Origin: an uncultured Actinomycetota bacterium
GTDB lineage: Bacteria > Actinomycetota > Actinomycetes > Prado026
Length of the DNA stretch: 64,000 nt
Reading direction: 5' to 3'
Assembly (NCBI GenBank): GCA_963711005.1
Contig: CAVQCJ010000004.1
Coordinates: 464,099 to 528,098, forward strand
The position numbers were made by a program, and so were the translations under genes. The notes beneath the pieces were generated by a model. It was not told where the DNA came from. It did not search any database and saw nothing but the letters and a program-made list of their open reading frames with translations. Below, one piece after another: positions 10,898-20,698 of this stretch (position 1 is its first letter; each line of letters starts with the position of its first letter).

Positions 10898-11377
10898 GTG
10901 CGCAGAGCCGTCTGCCCGGGATCGTTCGACCCGGTGACGAACGGGCACCTCGACATCATCGGCCGGGCCGCCGCCCTGTTCGACGAGGTCATCGTCATGA
11001 TCGCGTTCAACGGGAACAAGGCGGGCCTGTTCAGCGTGGACGAGCGGATCGAGATGCTGCACGAGGTCACCGGCGCCTGGTCGAACGTCGTGGTGGACAG
11101 CTACAGCGGGCTCCTGGTCGACTTCTGCCGCGACCGGGGCATCCCGGCGGTCGTCAAAGGGCTGCGCGCCGTCTCCGACTTCGACTACGAGCTCCAGATG
11201 GCCCAGATGAACCGTCACCTGGGCGGGCTGGAGACTTTGTTCGTGCCGACCAGCGCCACCTACAGTTACCTCTCGTCCAGCCTCCTCAAGGAGGTTGCGG
11301 CCCTCGGCGGCGACGTGGCCGGTCTGGTCCCCGACGCGGTGGCCACGCGGCTGCGCGAGCGGCTCGCGGGACGCTGA
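10898..11377 (+). CDS. coaD: Phosphopantetheine adenylyltransferase
   Basis: CPGSFDPVTNGH, KGLRAVSDFDYELQMA, SSSLLKEV. Confidence 0.97.
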   Translation: MRRAVCPGSFDPVTNGHLDIIGRAAALFDEVIVMIAFNGNKAGLFSVDERIEMLHEVTGAWSNVVVDSYSGLLVDFCRDRGIPAVVKGLRAVSDFDYELQMAQMNRHLGGLETLFVPTSATYSYLSSSLLKEVAALGGDVAGLVPDAVATRLRERLAGR

Positions 11378-11432
11378 ACCACCCGGGTCCGGCTCAGCGC
11401 CGGTCCGGCCGAGCCGGAGGAAGAGACCGCCC

Positions 11433-11939
11433 GTGGACGTGCACGAGAAGCTGGACGAGATCACCGGGCTGGTCGAGCAGGCCAGGGCGATGCCGATGTC
11501 GGCGTCGTGCATCGTCAACCGGCCCGAGCTGCTGGCCCTGCTCGAGGAGCTGCGCGCGCTGCTGCCCGAGGAGCTCGACCTGGCCGAGCAGCTGCTCGCC
11601 GGGCGGGACCGGGTCGTCGACGAGGGCCGGGCCGAGTCCGACCGCATCATCGCCGCCGCGCAAGAGGAGCGCATGCGGCTGGTGTCCGAGACGGAGGTCT
11701 ACGCCCAGGCGCAGCAGGAGGCGGCCCGAGTGGTGGCCGAGGCGCACGGTGACGCGGAGTCGATGCGCAAGCAGGTGGACGAGTACGTCGACGCGAAGCT
11801 CGCCACGTTCGAGATCACGCTGAACAAGACGCTGGCGGCGGTCTCCCGGGGCCGGGACAAGCTGCGCGGCCGTGGTGAGCTCGAGGCCCTGGGCACCCTG
11901 GGCACCGAGACCGGCGAGATCCCGGCCGTCCGGGACTGA
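11433..11939 (+). CDS. Conserved coiled-coil protein (SepIVA/DivIVA-like)
   Basis: ARAMPMSASCIVNR motif, coiled coil, YVDAKLATFE; conserved coaD-X-yceD synteny. Confidence 0.85.
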   Translation: MDVHEKLDEITGLVEQARAMPMSASCIVNRPELLALLEELRALLPEELDLAEQLLAGRDRVVDEGRAESDRIIAAAQEERMRLVSETEVYAQAQQEAARVVAEAHGDAESMRKQVDEYVDAKLATFEITLNKTLAAVSRGRDKLRGRGELEALGTLGTETGEIPAVRD

Positions 11940-12057
11940 CCGCGCAGCTGGACCGGCCGGCCCGGCGCCGGCGTTTCCCGGGGGTGCCGGCGCTCGGGTA
12001 CCCTGAGCGCTCGGTCTCGTCCGGGACCGTGGTTCGTGGTGCCCCGCGGAGGCCAGG

Positions 12058-12618
12058 CTGTCCAGGCTCGACCCGCGCGCGCCGTTCGTCGTGGACACCC
12101 GCGACCTCGGCCGCCGTCCAGGGTCGATGCGTTCGGTCAGCCGGGTCGTCCCGGCTCCTGCGGAGCTCGGTACGGATGTGGTCGGTGTCCCCCAGGGGTC
12201 CGACGTCGAGCTCGAGCTGCGGCTCGAGTCGGTCGTCGAGGGGGTGCTCGTGACGGGAACGGCACGGGTGCACGTCGAGGGCGAGTGCGTGCGCTGCCTC
12301 GACCCGGTGTCCTCCGAGCAGGAGGTCCGGGTCCAGGAGCTGTACTACTACCCCGACCAGAACATCGACGACGACGAGGCCGGGCGGCTCGAGGGCGACT
12401 ACCTCGACCTGGAGCCGTTGCTGCGTGACGCGGTGGTCCTCGGGCTCCCGTTCCGGCCCGTGTGCCGGGACGACTGCCCGGGGCTGTGCTCGGAGTGCGG
12501 GGCCAGGCTGGCCGACCACCCGGGTCACGTGCACGAGCAGGGCGACCCGCGCTGGGCCGCGCTGCAGGCACTGACGATCGACGCACCTGGCGTACCCGAC
12601 GACGAGGAAGAGAGCTGA
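12058..12618 (+). CDS. YceD/DUF177 family protein
   Basis: ECVRCL and [20 protein letters not shown]; upstream of rpmF; start proposed at CTG 12058 (ORF track gives GTG 12091). Confidence 0.9.
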   Translation: MSRLDPRAPFVVDTRDLGRRPGSMRSVSRVVPAPAELGTDVVGVPQGSDVELELRLESVVEGVLVTGTARVHVEGECVRCLDPVSSEQEVRVQELYYYPDQNIDDDEAGRLEGDYLDLEPLLRDAVVLGLPFRPVCRDDCPGLCSECGARLADHPGHVHEQGDPRWAALQALTIDAPGVPDDEEES

Positions 12619-12621
12619 CCG

Positions 12622-12795
12622 GTGGCCGTCCCCAAACGGAAGACCTCGCGCAGCAACACCCGGCACCGCCGGTCGGCGTGGAAGACCACCGCGCCCGCGC
12701 TGTCGACCTGCGACCGTTGCAAGCAGCCGAAGCTCCAGCACATCGCCTGCCCGACCTGCGGCACGTACAACAAGAGGCAGGTCCTCTCCGTCTGA
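12622..12795 (+). CDS. rpmF: 50S ribosomal protein L32 (not in ORF track, 57 aa)
   Basis: Manual translation [57 protein letters not shown]. Confidence 0.96.
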   Translation: MAVPKRKTSRSNTRHRRSAWKTTAPALSTCDRCKQPKLQHIACPTCGTYNKRQVLSV

Positions 12796-12922
12796 CCGGC
12801 CCCCTGGGGTCGTGGTCGACGCCGCACCCGCTGGGGGTGGCGTCCACCTCGTTCCTGTGGGACCGCACACGTGCCCGCCCGACCGGTGCTGCCGGCGGGC
12901 CGCCTGCCGTGGAGGTTCACCA

Positions 12923-13618
12923 GTGATCGACGAACATCCGTACGCCACGCTGTCCGAGCGGCTGGGGTGCAACGTCGAGCCCGGGCTGCTGCAACGGGCT
13001 CTGACGCACCGGTCCTACGCGTACGAGAACGGCGGCCTGCCGACCAACGAACGCCTCGAGTTCCTCGGCGACGCGGTGCTGGGCCTGGTGGTGACCGACA
13101 CGCTGTACCGACTCCACCCCGACCTGCCCGAGGGGCAGCTGGCGAAGCTGCGCTCGGCCGTGGTCAACGCCAAGGCGCTGGCCGACGTCGGTCGCGACCT
13201 CGGGCTCGGGGAGTTCCTGCGGCTGGGCCGGGGGGAGGAGTCCACCGGCGGGCGCAACAAGGGGTCGATCCTGGCCGACACCGTGGAGGCCGTGCTCGGC
13301 GCGGTGTACGTCGACCTGGGCCTGTCCGCGAGCGAGGTGCTGGTGCACCGGTTGTTCGACCCGGTCATCGACTCCGCGGCCGGGCTGGGGGCCGGGCTGG
13401 ACTGGAAGACGTCTCTCCAGGAGCTGACGGCCAACGACGGGCTCGGCGTCCCCGAGTACCAGATCTGGGACGAGGGTCCCGACCACGAGAAGTTCTTCAC
13501 CGCCATCGTCCGCGTGGCCGGCGAGGACCGGGGCTCCGGCACGGGGCGCAGCAAGAAGGAAGCCGAGCAGGAGGCCGCGTCGGCCGCGTGGCACACGCTG
13601 CGCGCCGCCCGCGGCTGA
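12923..13618 (+). CDS. rnc: Ribonuclease III
   Basis: [19 protein letters not shown], ds[11 protein letters not shown]...SKKEAEQ. Confidence 0.97.
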   Translation: MIDEHPYATLSERLGCNVEPGLLQRALTHRSYAYENGGLPTNERLEFLGDAVLGLVVTDTLYRLHPDLPEGQLAKLRSAVVNAKALADVGRDLGLGEFLRLGRGEESTGGRNKGSILADTVEAVLGAVYVDLGLSASEVLVHRLFDPVIDSAAGLGAGLDWKTSLQELTANDGLGVPEYQIWDEGPDHEKFFTAIVRVAGEDRGSGTGRSKKEAEQEAASAAWHTLRAARG

Positions 13619-13634
13619 CGCGGCGTCTGACGTC

Positions 13635-14489
13635 ATGCCCGAGCTGCCCGAGGTCGAGGTGGTGCGCCGCGGTCTGCAGCGCTGGGTCGTCGGTCGCACC
13701 GTCCGGGACGTCCAGGTAAGGCACCCGCGCGCGGTCCGCCGGCACGTCCCGGGCGCCGCGGACTTCGCCGGCCGGCTGGCCGGCCGCCGCGTGCTGGGCA
13801 CCGACCGGCGCGGGAAGTACCTGTGGCTGCCGCTGGACTCCGGTGAGGCGCTGCTCGCCCACCTGGGGATGTCGGGCCAGCTGCTCGTGCAGCCGTCCGG
13901 GGCGCCGGACGAGGTGCACCTGCGGGTCCGGCTCACGCTGGACGACGGCCACGACCTGAGGTTCGTCGACCAGCGCACCTTCGGCGGCCTCTCCGTCGAG
14001 CGCACGGACGGCGGCGGTGTGCCCGCTCCGGTCGCGCACATCGCCAGGGACCCGCTCGACCCGCAGTTCGACGACGCCGCGTTCGCGGTCGCGGTGCGGC
14101 ACCGGCGCACCGGCGTCAAGCGCGCGCTGCTGGACCAGTCGCTGGTCTCCGGGGTCGGCAACATCTACGCCGACGAGGCGCTGTGGCGCTCCCGGCTGCA
14201 CTACGCCAGGGCCACGGACACCTTGCGCCGTCCCGAGATCGACCGGCTGCTGGGCCACGTCCGCGCGGTGCTGGACGAGGCGCTCGCCGACGGCGGCACG
14301 TCGTTCGACTCGCTGTACGTCGACGTGAACGGGCGCAGCGGCTACTTCGACCGGTCGCTGGACGCGTACGGGCAGGAGGGGCGCCCGTGCGCGCGCTGCG
14401 GTACCCCGATCCGCCGCGACCCGTTCATGAACCGCTCGTCGTTCACCTGCCCGCGCTGCCAGCCGAGACCGCGCCACGGCCGCTGGTGA
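13635..14489 (+). CDS. mutM: Formamidopyrimidine-DNA glycosylase
   Basis: [24 protein letters not shown]-terminal zinc finger. Confidence 0.97.
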   Translation: MPELPEVEVVRRGLQRWVVGRTVRDVQVRHPRAVRRHVPGAADFAGRLAGRRVLGTDRRGKYLWLPLDSGEALLAHLGMSGQLLVQPSGAPDEVHLRVRLTLDDGHDLRFVDQRTFGGLSVERTDGGGVPAPVAHIARDPLDPQFDDAAFAVAVRHRRTGVKRALLDQSLVSGVGNIYADEALWRSRLHYARATDTLRRPEIDRLLGHVRAVLDEALADGGTSFDSLYVDVNGRSGYFDRSLDAYGQEGRPCARCGTPIRRDPFMNRSSFTCPRCQPRPRHGRW

Positions 14490-14526
14490 GTGCGCGCCGC
14501 GTCGCCGGTCGCGCGCTCCTTCGACG

Positions 14527-14718
14527 TCAGCGGCGCGCGGCCTCGGCGGCGACCTCGGCGGAGACAGTGCCGTCGGCGCGCGCCGGCGTCCAGGCCTCGG
14601 TGCGCACCCACTCGGACCGGCACGCCGAGCACCGGAACAGCGCCAGCCCGTCGCGCTGGCCCCCGGTCGCGGACCAGTCGCAGACCAGCTGGCACGGGTT
14701 GGCGGCGAGGACGGTCAC
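14527..14718 (-). CDS. Small hypothetical protein with four Cys (possible zinc ribbon), 63 aa
   Basis: Fills the mutM-acyP gap; PCQLVCDW...[10 protein letters not shown]; CAGACT hexamer 6 nt upstream of the GTG. Confidence 0.6.
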   Translation of the reverse strand: MTVLAANPCQLVCDWSATGGQRDGLALFRCSACRSEWVRTEAWTPARADGTVSAEVAAEAARR

Positions 14719-14749
14719 CCACCCAGTCTGGCCGCTAGCCTCGCCGGTC

Positions 14750-15022
14750 GTGGACGTAAGGCTGACCGTCTGGGTTCGCGGCCGGGTCCAGGGGGTGGGC
14801 TTCCGGTGGTGGGCCAGGGCGACGGCGCTCGACCTGGGTCTGTCGGGCTGGGCGGCCAACCTCGAGGACAGCCGCGTCGAGGTCGTGGCGGAGGGTCCGC
14901 GGGAGGCCTGCGAGCGGCTGCTCTCGGCGCTCGGGTCGGGCGCGGGCCCGGGCCGGGTCACCGGACTGACCGAGCGCTGGGGTGCCGCCCAGGGTGTACC
15001 GCCCGGGTTCGCCGAGCGATGA
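14750..15022 (+). CDS. acyP: Acylphosphatase
   Basis: [24 protein letters not shown]. Confidence 0.93.
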   Translation: MDVRLTVWVRGRVQGVGFRWWARATALDLGLSGWAANLEDSRVEVVAEGPREACERLLSALGSGAGPGRVTGLTERWGAAQGVPPGFAER

Positions 15023-15025
15023 GCC

Positions 15026-15087
15026 TGACCCGTTCGAGTGACCGGCTGCGCGGCGGTGTTGACCGTTTCGTGACCTGGTGCCACCCT
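15026..15087 (+). promoter_or_regulatory. BldM-like palindrome (15026-15041) upstream of a sigma70-type promoter (TTGACC-17-CACCCT)
   Basis: TGACCCGTTCGAGTGA; TTGACC at 15059, CACCCT at 15082. Confidence 0.45.
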
Positions 15088-15249
15088 GGCCTGAGTACGT
15101 GGGACAGTTCCTCCCGCTGTCCCGAGTCGCCTCCGGGCGACATGCTCCACCCGCTGTCCCTCAGCCGCCGGAGCCTTGGCTCTGCGCGCGCCCCTCATGA
15201 CCAGCCCTGTGTGCCGGAAACCGGCACCGTGACCCGGTAAGGACCCTCG

Positions 15250-15444
15250 ATGGCGAAGGCCCTGCTCGGATACCTCGGCGGCCCGGACCCCGTTGTCCTC
15301 GCCGAGATCGCGCGGCTCCGCGGCCGCGTACGCGACCTCGAGGCCGAGGTCGACCGGCTCCACGCCGTGAACGACGCACTCACCGCGGTGCTCGCCGAGG
15401 ACCAGGTCCTCTCGGTCAGCGACCGCGAGCCCGTCCTCACCTAG
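15250..15444 (+). CDS. Conserved small actinobacterial coiled-coil protein upstream of smc
   Basis: MAKALLGYLGG...RVRDLEAE; AAGGA RBS. Confidence 0.82.
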   Translation: MAKALLGYLGGPDPVVLAEIARLRGRVRDLEAEVDRLHAVNDALTAVLAEDQVLSVSDREPVLT

Positions 15445-15454
15445 ACACCGGACG

Positions 15455-15513
15455 AGCCCGGCCCCCCGCGCGCGCCGCCCGCCCCCCTCACGGGCCCGCG
15501 CGGGCCGGGCTTT
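15455..15513 (+). terminator. GC-rich hairpin, probable intrinsic terminator
   Basis: AGCCCGGCCC...GGGCCGGGCT followed by TT. Confidence 0.5.
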
Positions 15514-15632
15514 CCGGGCGCGGCGGGTCCAGCCCACGCGTACCGCCCGGTAGTCTGGCGGCGGTCTTCCCCGACCCCCGCCCCGTCGCGTCGACCCTGC
15601 GTCCGACGGCTACCCGCAGGAGCGCCTCCACC

Positions 15633-18600
15633 GTGCACCTGAAGAGCCTGACCCTGCGCGGCTTCAAGTCCTTCGCCTCGTCCACGACCCTGCGCTTCGA
15701 GCCGGGGATCACGTGCGTCGTCGGGCCGAACGGCTCCGGCAAGTCCAACGTCGTGGACGCGCTGGCCTGGGTCATGGGCGAGCAGGGTGCCAAGAGCCTG
15801 CGCGGCGGCAAGATGGAGGACGTCATCTTCGCCGGCACGTCGGGGCGGCCACCGCTGGGCCGGGCCGAGGTCCTGCTCACCATCGACAACAGCGACGGGC
15901 AGCTGCCCATCGACTACGCCGAGGTCACTCTCTCGCGGATCATGTTCCGCAACGGCGGCTCCGAGTACGCGATCAACGGCGAGTCGTGCCGTCTGCTGGA
16001 CGTGCAGGAGCTCTTGTCCGACTCCGGCATCGGCCGCGAGATGCACGTGATCGTCGGCCAGGGGCAGCTGGACCAGATCCTGTCCGCCACCCCGGAGGAC
16101 CGGCGCGGGTTCATCGAGGAGGCCGCGGGGGTCCTCAAGCACCGCAAGCGCAAAGAGAAGGCGCTGCGCAAGCTCGAGGCGATGCAGGCGAACATGACCC
16201 GCGTCTCGGACCTGACCGCCGAGCTCCGCCGCCAGCTCAAGCCGCTCGGCAAGCAGGCCGAGGTGGCCCGGCGGGCCAGCGTCGTGCAGGCCGACCTGCG
16301 CGACGCCCGGCTGCGGCTGATGGCCGACGACCTGCTCGTGCTGCGGACCGCGCTGGAGCAGGAGGTCGCGGACGAGACGGCCCTGCGCGAGCGCAGGGCG
16401 CAGGTCGAGGCGGCGCTCGCGGCGGCGCAGGCCCGCGAGGCTGAGCTGGAGGCCGCTGCGGCCGAGCGGGCGCCGGCCGTGGCCAGGGCGCAGGAGGTCT
16501 GGTACCGGCTCAACGGTGTGCGGGAGCGGCTGCGCGGCACCGCGGGGATGGCCGACCAGCGGCTGCGGATCCTGGCCACCGAGCCCGAGGACGACCGGCC
16601 GGGCAGCGACCCGGTCGAGCTGGACGCCGCCGCGGCACGGGTGCGCTCCGAGGAGGCCGCGCTGGTCGCCGAGGTCGAGCAGGACCGGGACCGGCTCGCC
16701 GCTGCGGTGGCTGCCCGCGCCGCCGCCGAGGACGAGCTCGTCGCCGAGGAGCGGCGTGTGGCCTCGGCCGAGCGCGCCCACGCCGATCGGCGCGAGGGTC
16801 TGGCCCGGCTCGTCGGCCAGGTGGGCGCGGCCCGGACCCGGCTGGAGACCCGCGAGGCCGAGATCGGCCGGCTGGCCACTGCCCTGGACGAAGCCCGCGA
16901 GCGGGCCCGGGTGGCGCACGAGGAGTTCGTCGCCCTGGAGTCGCGGGTCGCCGGCCTGGACGAGGGCGAGATCGGCCTCGACACCGAGCACGAACAGGCG
17001 GCCGCCGCGTACGAGGCGGCGCAGGGGCAGGTCGTCCAGCTGCGCCAGGAGGAGCGCGAGGCGGAGCGCGACCGGGCCGCCCTCACCGCTCGGAAGGAGG
17101 CGCTCGAGCTCAGCCTCGCCCGCAAGGACGGCTCGGCCGCGCTGCTGGCGGCCGGCGACCGGCTCAGCGGCGTCCTCGGTTCCGTGGCTGCGCTGGTCAC
17201 GGTCCGGCCGGGGTACGAGGCGGCGCTCGCGGCTGCCCTGGGAACAGCGGCCGACGCGGTCGCGGTGGACGGGCTGGACGCCGCCGTCGGGGCGCTGCGG
17301 CTGCTCAAGGACGACGACGCCGGACAGGCACCGCTGCTCGTCGGGAGCGCCGCCGGGACGGTCCCGGCGGCCCTGGCCGGACTCCCGGCCGCCGCAGTCG
17401 CCGCGGCGGACCTGGTCCAGGCGCCCACGCACGTCGCGGCAGCGGTGCGGCGGGTACTGGCCTCGACCGTCGTGGTGGACGACCTGCGGGCGGCCCGCGA
17501 CGTGCTCCGGTCTCGTCCCGAGCTCACGGTGGTGACCAGGGACGGCGACGTGCTGTCGGCCGGGTTCGCGCAGGGCGGCTCGTCGTCGGCCCCGTCGCTG
17601 CTCGAGGTGCGCGCCGCCGTCGACGAGGCGGAGGTCCGGCTGGAGTCCGCCGCGCACCGGGCCGAGCGGGTGCGGTTCGAGCTGGCGGCGGCGATCCAGC
17701 AACGGCAGGAGGCGTCCGACCGGTGCGAGGCCGCGCTCGCGCGGCTGCACGAGTCCGACGCTCGGCTCGCCGCGGTGGCCGAGCAGCTCGGCCAGCTGGG
17801 GGCGGCCGCGCGGGCCGCGACCGGCGAGGCCGACCGGCTGCAGACTGCCCTCACCGCCGCCAACGAAGCCGTGCGGGCCGACCGCGACGCCGTGGACGAG
17901 CTGCAGGAGCGCCTGGACGAGGCCGAGCAGGTTCCGTCCGAGGTCGCGCCGGCAGCCGACCGTCGCGACGCGCTCGCGGTCGCGGCGTCGACAGCGCGGC
18001 AGGCCGAGGTCGAGGTCCGACTCACCGTGCGTACGGGTGAGGAGCGAGCCCGCGCGCTGGCCGGTCGCGCGGAGGCGCTGGAACGGTCGGCCGCCGAGGA
18101 GCGCGCGGCGCGCGAGCGCGCCGTCGAGCGGCGCGAGCGGCGGGTTCGCGAGCTGGCGGTGGCCGGGGCCGTGTCCCGGGCCGTCGTGGTCTCGCTGGCG
18201 CGGCTGGAGCTGTCGCTGCAGGCCGCGGCGTCCGAGCGCACGGCCGCCGAGGACGAGCGGACGGCGGCCGACGGCGAGCTGGCCGGAGTCCGGGCCAGGG
18301 CCCGCGAGATGGCCGCCGAGCTGGACTCGCTCACCGACTCGGTGCACCGCGACGAGATGGCCAGGACCGAGCAGCGGCTGCGGATCGAGACGCTCGAGGC
18401 GAAGGCCATCGAGGAGCTCGGCGTCGACCCGGAGACGCTGCTGGACGAGTACGGCCCGGACCAGCTGGTCCCGCCGTCGCTGCCGGAGCCGGATGCAGAC
18501 CCGGACGCGTCGCCGGCCGACCCCGTGCCGTACGTGCGCATCGAGCAGGAGAAGCGGGCCCGCAGCGCCGAGCGCGCGCTCGCCCTGCTCGGCAGGGTGA

Positions 18601-19196
18601 ACCCGTTGGCACTGGAGGAGTTCTCCGCGCTGGAGGAGCGGCACCAGTTCCTCACCGAGCAGCTCGAGGACCTGAAGAAGACCCGCCGCGACCTGCTCGA
18701 CATCGTCCGCGAGGTCGACGAGCGGGTCGAGCAGGTGTTCACGGCGGCCTACCACGACACTGCGCGCGAGTTCGAGGCCGTCTTCGCGCGCCTGTTCCCC
18801 GGTGGCGAGGGCCGGCTGGTGCTCACCGACCCCGACGACATGCTCACGACCGGGATCGAGGTCGAGGCGCGCCCGCCCGGCAAGAAGGTCAAGCGGCTGT
18901 CGCTGCTGTCGGGCGGCGAGCGCTCGCTGGTCGCGGTCGCTCTGCTGGTCGCGATCTTCAAGGCCCGGCCGAGCCCCTTCTACGTCATGGACGAGGTCGA
19001 GGCCGCGCTCGACGACACCAACCTCGGCCGGCTGCTGACGCTGTTCGAGGAGCTGCGCGAGTCCAGCCAGCTCATCGTGATCACGCACCAGAAGACGACC
19101 ATGGAGGTCGCCGACGCCCTGTACGGCGTCACCATGCGCGGCGACGGCGTCACCAGCGTGATCAGCCAGCGGCTGCGCGAGGAACAGCCCGCGTGA
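15633..19196 (+). CDS. smc: Chromosome segregation protein SMC
   Basis: GFKSF, GPNGSGKSN, long coiled coils with hinge, LSGGE, MDEVEAALD. Confidence 0.98.
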   Translation: MHLKSLTLRGFKSFASSTTLRFEPGITCVVGPNGSGKSNVVDALAWVMGEQGAKSLRGGKMEDVIFAGTSGRPPLGRAEVLLTIDNSDGQLPIDYAEVTLSRIMFRNGGSEYAINGESCRLLDVQELLSDSGIGREMHVIVGQGQLDQILSATPEDRRGFIEEAAGVLKHRKRKEKALRKLEAMQANMTRVSDLTAELRRQLKPLGKQAEVARRASVVQADLRDARLRLMADDLLVLRTALEQEVADETALRERRAQVEAALAAAQAREAELEAAAAERAPAVARAQEVWYRLNGVRERLRGTAGMADQRLRILATEPEDDRPGSDPVELDAAAARVRSEEAALVAEVEQDRDRLAAAVAARAAAEDELVAEERRVASAERAHADRREGLARLVGQVGAARTRLETREAEIGRLATALDEARERARVAHEEFVALESRVAGLDEGEIGLDTEHEQAAAAYEAAQGQVVQLRQEEREAERDRAALTARKEALELSLARKDGSAALLAAGDRLSGVLGSVAALVTVRPGYEAALAAALGTAADAVAVDGLDAAVGALRLLKDDDAGQAPLLVGSAAGTVPAALAGLPAAAVAAADLVQAPTHVAAAVRRVLASTVVVDDLRAARDVLRSRPELTVVTRDGDVLSAGFAQGGSSSAPSLLEVRAAVDEAEVRLESAAHRAERVRFELAAAIQQRQEASDRCEAALARLHESDARLAAVAEQLGQLGAAARAATGEADRLQTALTAANEAVRADRDAVDELQERLDEAEQVPSEVAPAADRRDALAVAASTARQAEVEVRLTVRTGEERARALAGRAEALERSAAEERAARERAVERRERRVRELAVAGAVSRAVVVSLARLELSLQAAASERTAAEDERTAADGELAGVRARAREMAAELDSLTDSVHRDEMARTEQRLRIETLEAKAIEELGVDPETLLDEYGPDQLVPPSLPEPDADPDASPADPVPYVRIEQEKRARSAERALALLGRVNPLALEEFSALEERHQFLTEQLEDLKKTRRDLLDIVREVDERVEQVFTAAYHDTAREFEAVFARLFPGGEGRLVLTDPDDMLTTGIEVEARPPGKKVKRLSLLSGGERSLVAVALLVAIFKARPSPFYVMDEVEAALDDTNLGRLLTLFEELRESSQLIVITHQKTTMEVADALYGVTMRGDGVTSVISQRLREEQPA

Positions 19197-19226
19197 GCTC
19201 GGCTCGGTGACTGGCAGACTCGCGCC

Positions 19227-20333
19227 GTGAGCGCCACCGTCCTGATCGCCGTCGTCGTGCTGGCCCTGCTCCTCGTCGGCGGGGTCGCGCTGGTCGGTCG
19301 CCGCCGCGCTCGGCCGCCGGTCGCCCCACCTGGGCCCGCCCCGCGGCCCACGGGCACCCAGGTCGCCGCTGCCGCCCCGGAAGCCGCCGTCGAGGCGGTC
19401 GAGGAGACGCCCGAGCCGGCAGCCGGACGGTTCGCGCGGCTGCGCGGGCGGCTGGCCCGGTCCCGCACCACTCTGGGCTCCGGCCTGGTCCAGCTGCTCT
19501 CGCGCGACAGCGTCGACGCGGCGACCTGGGACGAGGTCGAGGAGACCCTGCTCCTGTCCGACCTCGGCGTCGGCCCCACCAACGAGCTGCTGGGCCGGCT
19601 GCGCGAGCAGATGCGGACGCAGGGACCCGGCGATCCCGGCCGCGTCCAGGCCCTGCTGCGGGCGGAGCTGGTCGCGCTCGTCGACCCGGCGCTGGACCGG
19701 TCCCTGGCCCTGACCGGCGCGCCCGGAGTACCGGCGGTGGTGCTCGTCGTCGGTGTCAACGGGACCGGCAAGACCACCACCACCGGCAAGCTCGCGCGCG
19801 TGATCGTGGCGGACGGGCAGACCGTCCTGCTCGGCGCCGCCGACACGTTCCGCGCCGCCGCTGCCGAACAGCTGCAGACCTGGGGGGAGCGGGTCGGGGT
19901 GCGGACGGTGCGCGGCGCCGAGGGCGCCGACCCGGCCAGCGTCGCGTTCCAGGCGGTGCAGGCCGGGATCGACGGCGAGGTCGACGTCGTCCTCGTCGAC
20001 ACTGCCGGACGGCTGCACACGAAGACCGGGCTGATGGACGAGCTCGGCAAGGTCAAGCGCGTGGTCGAGAAACAGGCGGCGGTCACCGAGGTGCTGCTGG
20101 TGCTGGACGCGACGACCGGTCAGAACGGGCTGCAGCAGGCTCGCGTGTTCGCCGAGGTCGTCGACGTCACCGGGATCGTGCTGACCAAGCTGGACGGCAC
20201 CGCGAAGGGCGGGATCGTCGTCGCGGTGCAACGCGAGCTGGGCGTTCCGGTCAAGCTCGTCGGGCTCGGCGAGGGCGTGGACGACCTCGCGCCCTTCGAC
20301 CCCGAGGCGTTCGTCGACGCCCTGCTCGACTAG
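19227..20333 (+). CDS. ftsY: SRP receptor FtsY (N-terminal TM anchor)
   Basis: GVNGTGKTTT, DTFRAAA, DTAGR, TKLDGTAKGG. Confidence 0.97.
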   Translation: MSATVLIAVVVLALLLVGGVALVGRRRARPPVAPPGPAPRPTGTQVAAAAPEAAVEAVEETPEPAAGRFARLRGRLARSRTTLGSGLVQLLSRDSVDAATWDEVEETLLLSDLGVGPTNELLGRLREQMRTQGPGDPGRVQALLRAELVALVDPALDRSLALTGAPGVPAVVLVVGVNGTGKTTTTGKLARVIVADGQTVLLGAADTFRAAAAEQLQTWGERVGVRTVRGAEGADPASVAFQAVQAGIDGEVDVVLVDTAGRLHTKTGLMDELGKVKRVVEKQAAVTEVLLVLDATTGQNGLQQARVFAEVVDVTGIVLTKLDGTAKGGIVVAVQRELGVPVKLVGLGEGVDDLAPFDPEAFVDALLD

Positions 20334-20686
20334 CGCCCCGGAGCCGGGACCTCACGGGTGACGATGGCGTCGACCATGGACCACACGGCGCTCCAGCGCG
20401 AGTCGTAGCCCGGCGCCTGGCGTTCGGCTCTGGCCCTGGCGTGCGCCGACCCGATGTCCTTGAAGAACCTGGCCGTCTCGGCCGTCGTCAGCTCCTGCGT
20501 CGGACGTTCGAAGCTGTCGCTGGAGAACGCGTCGGAGTACGAGGCCAGGAACAGGTCGTCCCGGTGCTCGTGCAGGTAGTCGTCGATCGACTCGCGAGCG
20601 TCGGCCTCCGCCGCGTCGTCCTCGGCGGCCAGGTCGACCAGCATGAAGACGATGTCCTGCGTGCGGGCGGACTCGTGTGCAGCCAT
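20330..20686 (-). CDS. Hypothetical acidic protein (118 aa)
   Basis: Protein-like composition; AGGA RBS-like element upstream; 12 nt after the stop of the upstream gene; no family recognised. Confidence 0.7.
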   Translation of the reverse strand: MAAHESARTQDIVFMLVDLAAEDDAAEADARESIDDYLHEHRDDLFLASYSDAFSSDSFERPTQELTTAETARFFKDIGSAHARARAERQAPGYDSRWSAVWSMVDAIVTREVPAPGR

Positions 20687-20698
20687 GGCGCATCCTAG

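Noticed and set aside
15441-20231. 1596-aa antisense ORF and other long overlapping ORFs (e.g. 7273-10203, 31992-34574, 42634-45582)
   Set aside because: Shadow frames of real high-GC genes; no motifs and biased composition
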